Positions 40,132-47,564 of a stretch of 64,000 nt of DNA are shown here, in pieces. Under the pieces are notes generated by a model, which saw only the letters and a program-made list of their open reading frames with translations, did no database searches and was not told the DNA's origin. The first letter of the stretch is position 1, and every line of letters begins with the position of its first letter. A program made the position numbers and the translations under genes. Source of the DNA: Promethearchaeota archaeon (lineage in GTDB: Archaea > Asgardarchaeota > Lokiarchaeia > Sigyniarchaeales > SOKP01). Location: NCBI GenBank assembly GCA_011364975.1, contig RDOE01000004.1, positions 14,205 through 78,204 on the forward strand. Reading direction: 5' to 3'.

Positions 40132-40953
40132 ATGGATGAAAACCGATATACTAGACTCAAAGCGCTAAAAGATTTTGGATATGAAATTAACTGGGATGAT
40201 TTAAAAAGAAAAAGCGTTGCTATTATTGGTATAGGAGGTTTAGGAACTGTAAGTTCAGAAATGGTGACACGGTGTGGAGTGGGAAAATTAGCTTTATTTG
40301 ACTTTGATACAGTTGAACCAGTTAATCTTAATAGAAGTATGTTTAAACCGAAGCATATTGGAAAACCAAAGGCAGAGATAGCCGCAAAAATATTAAATGA
40401 AATCAATCCTGATGTTAAAATCTATTACTTTATTAAGGACATTATGGATATTGATTTTGAATTTACATTTGAAAAAGAACTTTCAAAGATGGACATAATT
40501 CTTAACGGACTTGATAATATTTCTGCTAGAGAATACCTTAATAGTAAATGTGTAAAGTTGAGAATTCCATATATTGATGCTGGAGCTTCTCGCAGCGGAT
40601 TATCGGGTTATATTCACCCCATTATTCCTTTCAAAACAGCATGTGCTAAATGTATTAAAAGTATAGCAATAAATCTTCCCGAAGAGAGAGGAGAGCCTTG
40701 TGTAGCATCTCTACCAACAACTATGGCGATACTAGCAAGTATTCAAGTGCAAGAAATGTTAAAACTTCTTCTAAAATTTGGTGAAATGATTGATTATGTT
40801 ATGTATCATATGATTACTGGACAATTCCTTCATTACAATACAAAGAAAGATAATAATTGTCCTATCTGTGGTATTAGAAAAAAAGACGGTAAAAGAATAA
40901 AGTCAAAGGTTACAGATAAAGATATAGAGGATATAATTGAAAAAATAGAATAA
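40132..40953 (+). CDS. UBA5: UBA5-like E1 activating enzyme
   Basis: RYTRLKALK..G, GIGGLG.V.SEMVTRCGVGKL.LFDFD.VE..NLNR..F.P, SG.I..IIP..TAC..C, catalytic CVASLPTTM, VQ..LK.LL.FG. These match eukaryotic UBA5 (YSRLMALK, AEMLTRCGIGKL, CAASLPTTM) rather than generic ThiF/MoeB. ATG 40132 or GTG 40120. Confidence 0.88.
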   Translation: MDENRYTRLKALKDFGYEINWDDLKRKSVAIIGIGGLGTVSSEMVTRCGVGKLALFDFDTVEPVNLNRSMFKPKHIGKPKAEIAAKILNEINPDVKIYYFIKDIMDIDFEFTFEKELSKMDIILNGLDNISAREYLNSKCVKLRIPYIDAGASRSGLSGYIHPIIPFKTACAKCIKSIAINLPEERGEPCVASLPTTMAILASIQVQEMLKLLLKFGEMIDYVMYHMITGQFLHYNTKKDNNCPICGIRKKDGKRIKSKVTDKDIEDIIEKIE

Positions 40954-40968
40954 ATTAGGTGGTTTATC

Positions 40969-42162
40969 ATCAAAAGGATCCAAATACCCCAAATTTTCAT
41001 TGAGGTCATTAAGAATCAAGCTATCCTTAGTTACGAAGAGATATATGGATGGCTAATTGGATATTCTGAGTCAAATGTAACTAAAGTGTTAGCAATTTAT
41101 GAATGTACACAATTTATAGAACAAACGGTTATCCATGCAATGCCAGATATATTAGAATTTCAAGAAATTAGTTCAGTTCTTCCTCAAGGTATTGGACCAA
41201 TAGGTATTTATCATTCTCATCCAAGCCTAAGTGATATTTTTCATTCTCATACTGATGATTCAACTCTGATAAGCTTAACAAATCAATTTCAAGATTGCAT
41301 CTCAATAATTACTAATGGACAGAACATTAAATTCTACCAAATGGGGAAAAATTATAAAACTAAAGAAATAGAAGTTGAGTATATTGAACCGGAAGTACCA
41401 AAATTTATGTTAGTTTCAATTAATGAAAAATTTGAAATTTTCATTGATCCCGAATTTTTAACTCAAGAAAAAAGTTTAAGTAAATTAAATATACAAATTC
41501 AAAATTTAATCATAAATTATTTTCAAAATAACTGGAACGAATTAGAATTTACACATAATAACTCAATAATAGGAAATAAAGATAAATTGCATAAATATTT
41601 AGTAGAGAAGTTAAATACGGAACCATTACGGCTTAAAATTCCATCTAATTTAAAGCAGCGTCATAGAAATTTATTAAAAGTTATCCAGAAAGGCAATAAG
41701 GATGATACTGTAAGTTACGAAGCTTTTGAATTTATTATTAATACAAAATTTCCACTCTATAATATTCGAAAGTATGATAATTTTGATACACTTAGTCAGA
41801 AAGTAAAGGATGAATTTTTAGGAAATAATCTCATTCAAAAATTGCATAATTTAATCATTGATAAAGAAAACCTTAGAATTATTATACCTAATGACTATTA
41901 TTTGAAGTTTTTTGGATTCTATATAAGAACTTTGAACTTCAATAAAAAAAACTTAAATGAAATCTTAATTAAGAATGAACCGTATAAGTTTGAATTGAAA
42001 ATAATTCGCTTTTTGAAATCCTTCATAAATTTGGAAGTTTCAATTAAGTTTAAGAACTATTTATATGAGCTTTTGAATAATTTGGAAGATTTTGCTGAAC
42101 ATTTTACATGGAAAGAGAAATTAAGTGAAGATTTAAAACAACTCAAAATTAACTTAAAGTAG
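40969..42162 (+). CDS. JAB/MPN+ (JAMM) metallo-isopeptidase with long C-terminal extension
   Basis: The frame upstream of the listed ORF contains the JAMM Glu motif EEIYGWLIG (about 41035-41061), followed by GIYHSHP..SHTD. No in-frame ATG/GTG/TTG precedes the Glu; SD AGGTGG (40957-62) points to ATC 40969. Confidence 0.8.
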   Translation: MKRIQIPQIFIEVIKNQAILSYEEIYGWLIGYSESNVTKVLAIYECTQFIEQTVIHAMPDILEFQEISSVLPQGIGPIGIYHSHPSLSDIFHSHTDDSTLISLTNQFQDCISIITNGQNIKFYQMGKNYKTKEIEVEYIEPEVPKFMLVSINEKFEIFIDPEFLTQEKSLSKLNIQIQNLIINYFQNNWNELEFTHNNSIIGNKDKLHKYLVEKLNTEPLRLKIPSNLKQRHRNLLKVIQKGNKDDTVSYEAFEFIINTKFPLYNIRKYDNFDTLSQKVKDEFLGNNLIQKLHNLIIDKENLRIIIPNDYYLKFFGFYIRTLNFNKKNLNEILIKNEPYKFELKIIRFLKSFINLEVSIKFKNYLYELLNNLEDFAEHFTWKEKLSEDLKQLKINLK

Positions 42163-42258
42163 TAATGAAATTATTAATATTGAAAACCAAAATTAAAAAA
42201 AAATAAAAGGAACATTTTTTTTAAATTTAATAAGATAAAAATCAGAGGTTAAAATATA

Positions 42259-42525
42259 ATGGCATCTGAATTAAATACCATCTATTTTGTTAATAAATTT
42301 GGAACAGAAAAAAAGCAAGTGCCATTCCCTGTTTCAGCAAACATTAAATTAATGGATGTTGTTCCAGAAATCTCAAAAAAGTTTGGAATCTCTTCTCAAA
42401 ATGTTTGTATTGCAAATATGGGAGGACAAGTACTAACTAATACAGACCTATTAAGTCCAATTAAAGAAATTGTTGAAAAGTTCGGAAATACTTTTGATAT
42501 TATTGATAGAGGGATTGTTGGGTGA
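42259..42525 (+). CDS. UFM1: UFM1-like ubiquitin-fold modifier (88 aa, mature C-terminal Val-Gly)
   Basis: Beta-grasp-sized, ends EKFGNTFDIIDRGIVG versus human UFM1 LKHGSELRIIPRDRVG. Single terminal Gly (VG), not GG. Lies in an operon with UBA5-like and UFC1-like genes. Confidence 0.85.
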   Translation: MASELNTIYFVNKFGTEKKQVPFPVSANIKLMDVVPEISKKFGISSQNVCIANMGGQVLTNTDLLSPIKEIVEKFGNTFDIIDRGIVG

Positions 42526-43064
42526 CCAGTTCAGATAAAAGATGGCAAAGGTCTATAGTAGATGAATTAATTCAAGAATTTTCTAACAATTGGGTTTCCA
42601 TAGGACCTAAAAATCCTGCATGGAAAGATCGGGTAAAGTTAGAGATCGAAAAAATTATGCAGTATATTAATTTCTTAAAGAATACTAAAAATAGACCTTG
42701 GTTTAAGTTATTTCCAGAACGAAATCCTCGTTATAATTATTTAATTTGGGCAGGAAATTTGGTTGTGCCTGAACGATCTGAAATAAATTTCGATATCAAA
42801 GTATTACTTACTTCTGAATATCCAAAAGTATGTCCAAGATGTTTCGCAGAAGAATCTATTTTAAATTACTGTGGTAAAATATTTTTGAAGAATATATGGG
42901 AACAGGATAGTAAAAAGTACGTAATGATATGTCATGAACATATGTCTGATACTAATGCATGGAATGAGCGTCTTGGTATTGTTCATTTCTTTATACGCCA
43001 GGTATGGGTATGGTGGGCTGCTCAACAAAATGTAATTATCCAAGAATATGATAAAAAACATTAA
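42522..43064 (+). CDS. UFC1: UFC1-like E2 conjugating enzyme
   Basis: GPKNPAWKDRVKLEIEKIMQYINFLKNTKNRPWFKL vs UFC1 [36 protein letters not shown]. FDI....EYP...P. CGK in place of the UFC1 TAK motif, no HPN. Catalytic ICHEH (C137) vs ICLTDH; LGIVHF vs FGLAHL. GTG start overlaps the UFM1 stop. Confidence 0.9.
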   Translation: MTSSDKRWQRSIVDELIQEFSNNWVSIGPKNPAWKDRVKLEIEKIMQYINFLKNTKNRPWFKLFPERNPRYNYLIWAGNLVVPERSEINFDIKVLLTSEYPKVCPRCFAEESILNYCGKIFLKNIWEQDSKKYVMICHEHMSDTNAWNERLGIVHFFIRQVWVWWAAQQNVIIQEYDKKH

Positions 43065-43182
43065 TTTTTGGTATCATAACCTAGTTTTAAAAAAATTATT
43101 TATTTCTTTAATTCATGCCTTCTTCTATGCATAAATTCAAGATAAACCGTTGTTTTAGTTGAATATTATAGTTTTATTATTA

Positions 43183-43216
43183 ATGCAAAATGATGCAATA
43201 TATACCCATTATGCAA
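43183..43216 (+). repeat. Three ATGCAA direct repeats upstream of the wHTH/EAP30-like gene
   Basis: ATGCAA at 43183, 43193 and 43211, just before an AT-rich TATA-like stretch. Confidence 0.35.
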
Positions 43217-43272
43217 TTATTTAAATATAAGTATATCCATATAATATCATATAAAATAGCAAAGTAACAAGA

Positions 43273-44655
43273 ATGTCTAGAGAATCCAACCAACCCTCCA
43301 ATACTAAGGATATGCCAATTAGCTTACAAGGGATTGAAAAAATCTTGATTTTTTTAAATAATAATGATAAAATCCTTTTTAGTATTAGAGAAATTGGTTA
43401 CAAGACTAAGTTATCGACCCGAACGGTCAAAAATATTCTACTGCAATTAGAAAAATTTAATCAGGTTGAACGTGTCATTGAAGGGAATAATGTTATCCCA
43501 AAATGGCAAATCACTAAATTCGGAAAAAGAGTATTAAAAGAAGCTAAGGGTGTTGGGAATAATATCACATTTTCTACAAGAGAAGAAGAATTGTTAAAAG
43601 GAATAGTGATACCTCAAGAAAAATTTCTTGATAATGATTTAAAAAAGACTTTAGATAGAGCACTATCTGAATTAAATACTATGCAAGTTGAAATAAGTAA
43701 AATTTTGGGGTCAATTCTTAATATAAATAATCCAATTTTAGAAGAAACTACTGGATTCATTTTAAAAAGAATCAAATTTCTCAAGCAAAAACTTACTAAT
43801 TTGTTTGATGACCGAACATCTCAAATTTCTAAAGTGGGTGAAAAATCAAAGAAATTTTCCAAAGAAGAGATAAAATTTAATAAAGTGGAAAAATTGCTCT
43901 TCAACTCATTAATTATTAATCAGATGAAGAGAATTTCAGATATAATTATAGATCTTTCCAATAATGTTGAACATCTAGAAGTTAATAATTCTCTCTCTCT
44001 TGCTAATGATTTAAGAGACGAGATTAGGATCATAAGTGACTTAATTAATCAAAGGGAATCATTAAAAATAGGTTTAAATATTCTTCTAAAAGAAGATTTA
44101 AAACAACTTTCCAATAATAAAATTGCACCTGATATTCTGGATAAAATAATTGAGATTCCCTTGTCTGAGGATATTTTAGGGAGAGAAGTTGGAGAAACGG
44201 TACTAACGTTATTAAACAGGTTAAATAAAAATGAGACAGTTCTTATAGATCATAATTATGAATTGACAGATTTTATTCCTTTGTTTAAACTCTTTCAGCT
44301 TATTTTAGATGAAAAGCCCAATTTAAACTTTACCATCGATAAATTAGAAGAAACAATCAATGAACTCTCTGAACAAGGATACATCCCTGGAATGAAAACT
44401 ATTCGGGATGCAGAAAACAATTATTTGAAAGTAGTTCAACTTAAACCTCATGATGTTTCACAAGATGAGATAGAATTAGTAAAAATTGCATTGAAGCAAG
44501 AAAAGTTTACTCTCGCAGATATTATCAAATTAACAGGTTGGTCTCCAGAACACGCATCAGAACTTTTAAATAAGCTAACAAAGCTTGGAATATTAAACTA
44601 TTCCAGGTCTTTTTTACATGGAGAACGATGGTTTGTTATAACCGAGCAAAAATAA
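43273..44655 (+). CDS. N-terminal winged-HTH + helical bundle + C-terminal EAP30 (Vps22/Vps36, ESCRT-II)-like tandem winged helix
   Basis: N: SIREIGYKTKLSTRTVKNILLQLEKFNQV...WQITKFG. C: VQLKPHDVSQDEIELVKIALKQEKFTLADIIKLTGWSPEHASELLNKLTKLGI resembles Vps22 QSVPAELNMDHTVVLQLAEKNGYVTVSEIKASLKWETERARQVLEHLLKEG. Confidence 0.65.
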   Translation: MSRESNQPSNTKDMPISLQGIEKILIFLNNNDKILFSIREIGYKTKLSTRTVKNILLQLEKFNQVERVIEGNNVIPKWQITKFGKRVLKEAKGVGNNITFSTREEELLKGIVIPQEKFLDNDLKKTLDRALSELNTMQVEISKILGSILNINNPILEETTGFILKRIKFLKQKLTNLFDDRTSQISKVGEKSKKFSKEEIKFNKVEKLLFNSLIINQMKRISDIIIDLSNNVEHLEVNNSLSLANDLRDEIRIISDLINQRESLKIGLNILLKEDLKQLSNNKIAPDILDKIIEIPLSEDILGREVGETVLTLLNRLNKNETVLIDHNYELTDFIPLFKLFQLILDEKPNLNFTIDKLEETINELSEQGYIPGMKTIRDAENNYLKVVQLKPHDVSQDEIELVKIALKQEKFTLADIIKLTGWSPEHASELLNKLTKLGILNYSRSFLHGERWFVITEQK

Positions 44656-44686
44656 TAAATTTAAATTAAAAAGTGAGGATGGAGTA

Positions 44687-45787
44687 ATGTATAAGGAAAT
44701 AAAAGGTAAAAGTGTTGTTGATTCCGAGCCAGAGATTATTGCTTGGCAACGTCATGGGATTGATACTAAAAATGGGCCGCTAATTTATGTATTTCCTAAA
44801 CCAGGTGATGATATAAAAAGCAAGAAATTTTTTGCTGTAAAAGATTATGAAAGAGCATTATTTTATAATAAGGGAGAACTTCTAGGAGTCCTCGGGGGCG
44901 GGGTCTATGAACTAGAGAAAAAGGCAAAAATAAAGGGGACGGAGATCGTTTGGATTGACACCTCTTTTGTAGACATCCAGTGGGGAATACCACAATCTAG
45001 TGGTATACCCACTTTGGATGGTACTATTCTCGGTTTACATGGAGATCTAAAATTGAAAATAAGGGATGTTAAAATATTTTACAATGATGTAGTAGCTGGT
45101 AAAAGCCCTTGGACCGTTCAAAATCTGAAAGAATTTATAATGAGTCTACTGCATACATCCTTTAGAGATATATTTAAAAAATATAAGGCTAAACAAGTTT
45201 TACTAGAGGAGCGAGAGCGAATAATTAATCTACTTACAGCGAAGGTCGCCGAGGATTTTTTAAGATATGGTTTAGAGCTAGAAACCTTGAATATACTTGG
45301 TGTTAAAACCTCTGAAGGTACAGAAACTCTTTTTAGAGTAGAAAAAGAAAAAAGTAATGTTTCAGATGAGATCGAAATTTTAAAAATAAAAAAAGATCTT
45401 GACGCTCAAAAAATGGAATTAGAGGCTGCTAAACGAGAATTTCATCGAAAAGAAGAGATTTTAGATTCTCGTATGGAATTGGAAAAATCTAAACTTCAAA
45501 CTGAGGCAGAAAAGATTGAGGGAGAAGCTAAATCTGCTGTGTTGGAAAAACACGCTAGAGCGGCTGTAGCAGGAGAGATGAGAATATTGGAGGTTCATGG
45601 AGATAAAGCATTAGAAATCGCAGATAGTAGTAGAAAGGATCAAATTCGGGCTAAGATTGATGAATTAAAAGAAAAGTTAGATAAATTTGATAATTTATTA
45701 GCAGAAGATAAAATTTCAAAGGATATTTATAAAACAAGAGTAGAGCGAATTGAAAAAGAACTGAAAGCGCTTGAACAACAACTTTAA
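44687..45787 (+). CDS. SPFH/band-7 domain protein (YdjI-like) with coiled coil and SHOCT-like tail
   Basis: V...ERALF..KGE.LGVL.GG.YEL, IQWG, F..YGLELETLNI, long coiled coil, LLAEDKISKDIY tail. Confidence 0.78.
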   Translation: MYKEIKGKSVVDSEPEIIAWQRHGIDTKNGPLIYVFPKPGDDIKSKKFFAVKDYERALFYNKGELLGVLGGGVYELEKKAKIKGTEIVWIDTSFVDIQWGIPQSSGIPTLDGTILGLHGDLKLKIRDVKIFYNDVVAGKSPWTVQNLKEFIMSLLHTSFRDIFKKYKAKQVLLEERERIINLLTAKVAEDFLRYGLELETLNILGVKTSEGTETLFRVEKEKSNVSDEIEILKIKKDLDAQKMELEAAKREFHRKEEILDSRMELEKSKLQTEAEKIEGEAKSAVLEKHARAAVAGEMRILEVHGDKALEIADSSRKDQIRAKIDELKEKLDKFDNLLAEDKISKDIYKTRVERIEKELKALEQQL

Positions 45788-46038
45788 TATATTCCTAATT
45801 TCCCCAATTTACCCAAAATGCATTAATAGATCGCTTTAAGTAATCAGAGGGAATAATAAACACTAAAATGAAAAAGATATAACTTCTTTTCTTTTTCTTG
45901 TTAATTAGACAAGATCTTTGAACGATCTTCTAAAAATTTCTTATTTTTCCAAGTTATTTTTACAATTATGTCTATAACTAAGAATAATACTTATAAGCTA
46001 CTTTCTTCCAATATTACATATTTATTAAATAAATAGAG

Positions 46039-47361
46039 GTGAAATTTCAAATTAAGTCAAGATCATCAATAGTTGCCATAATAGCACTAATAATTGGCAT
46101 ATCTGGAGTAGGATTTGGAGTATATTCTACTTTTTTCCAGCACCCATTGGATCAAATCGATGAAAAGGATATTTCAAGCAATATAGTCGTAGGAATACTA
46201 GATCCTGACCATGAAGAAACTGTATCAAACACAATTGAAATAAGAGCTATAGTAGCAGGTTCTAATCAATATACAACTTCAGTTTTAAGAAATGGGACTC
46301 AAATTGGGGCTCAAATTCCACTTCAATGGAACACAAAAACAGTTGTAGATGGATGGTGGAACATCACGGTAATCGCTACTGATGTGCTCTCAGGAAATCA
46401 AACCCAAGATTATGTTAATGTATTTGTCCTTAATAATCCAGAAGAAAATCATATCTATTATTGTTCCTCACAGCAAGAAATAACTTACGCGCTAAACGCG
46501 ATTTGGTCGGGGGCCGGTACCATCATAATCACAGAAAACATAATACTCAGTAATACGATAACTATCTCTGGTGGCGGAAGTTATATTATACAAGGGATCT
46601 CTCCAAGTATTACCATCGATTGTAATGGAGATAGAGCCGCTTTTACAATACTTATGACAAAAACATGTTTAATCAAAGACTTAACATTAGATGCGGCAGA
46701 TTTAACAACGAGTTTTAGAGGGATTATATATGCTATGGCTCCATCAACTTATATTCAAAACGTACGATTTTTAGGAGATTCTGATAAACTTGGCACAGGG
46801 ATTTACGTCCAAAATGAAGATACTAGAGTCTCTAATTGTTACTTCAATAATTTACAAGAAGGAATATCCGTTTCTTTAATTGCAGAGTATTCATATATTT
46901 CTGAGAATACATTTATTAACTGTAGTTCAGCTGCTATAACTATAGCAAGTAAAAGAGTCATTTGCGAAAATAATTGCATAAACTCTTGTTTTAAGGGAAT
47001 AATGAATATAGGTGATTTTTGTTCCTTTAGCAATAACATTTTGTATCAATGTGAGGATACTGGAATTTATCTTTATGGTGATTTCAATACTTTTTCAGGA
47101 AATTCAATAACAGGGATTAGTGTAAACCAAACTAAGAATAATTTCGGAATTTTCGTGGTGTCCGGATCTGACTGTAATGTTTTTACGGGGAATACAATGA
47201 CATTATTTACTAATTTAGACCTCACAAATAATGGGTATGGAATGATGATACAAGTTACATGTGGTGAAAATACTGTTGTAGGAAATACAATGCTATTTAA
47301 TGATATTAATTATGCTGATTTTGCTGCTACGACGTTTGAATATGGTAATAATTATATATAA
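46039..47361 (+). CDS. Membrane-anchored Ig-like + right-handed beta-helix (NosD/pectin-lyase-like) surface protein
   Basis: N-terminal TM, WNT..V.DGW.NITV.ATD Ig module, many N.F.GN/S.N.I beta-helix repeats. Confidence 0.8.
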   Translation: MKFQIKSRSSIVAIIALIIGISGVGFGVYSTFFQHPLDQIDEKDISSNIVVGILDPDHEETVSNTIEIRAIVAGSNQYTTSVLRNGTQIGAQIPLQWNTKTVVDGWWNITVIATDVLSGNQTQDYVNVFVLNNPEENHIYYCSSQQEITYALNAIWSGAGTIIITENIILSNTITISGGGSYIIQGISPSITIDCNGDRAAFTILMTKTCLIKDLTLDAADLTTSFRGIIYAMAPSTYIQNVRFLGDSDKLGTGIYVQNEDTRVSNCYFNNLQEGISVSLIAEYSYISENTFINCSSAAITIASKRVICENNCINSCFKGIMNIGDFCSFSNNILYQCEDTGIYLYGDFNTFSGNSITGISVNQTKNNFGIFVVSGSDCNVFTGNTMTLFTNLDLTNNGYGMMIQVTCGENTVVGNTMLFNDINYADFAATTFEYGNNYI

Positions 47362-47564
47362 TGAGAATCCAACTGTAAATTATATTTTTTTTTCTCTATT
47401 CTTCTTTTGATATAATCATTTTGTATAAAAATTGAAATAAACTTAAAGAGATTTAAAAAATAAGCTTTCATGCCCTAAAAATTAATCTGATTACAATAAA
47501 AATATATATTATTCCTTTTTTATTTCTCTAGATTTAAAATACTTAACAAGATCTTTTTGGAATC

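Noticed and set aside
40120-42525. ThiF/MoeB + ThiS/MoaD/SAMP sulfur-carrier system
   Set aside because: The Ubl ends in VG rather than GG, an E2 is translationally coupled to it, the E1 has UBA5-type motifs, and no thiamine or molybdopterin genes are adjacent.
42520-42560. Sec read-through of the UFM1 TGA giving a pro-form extension
   Set aside because: The TGA is part of an ordinary GTGA stop/start overlap with the E2 gene and I see no SECIS after the operon.
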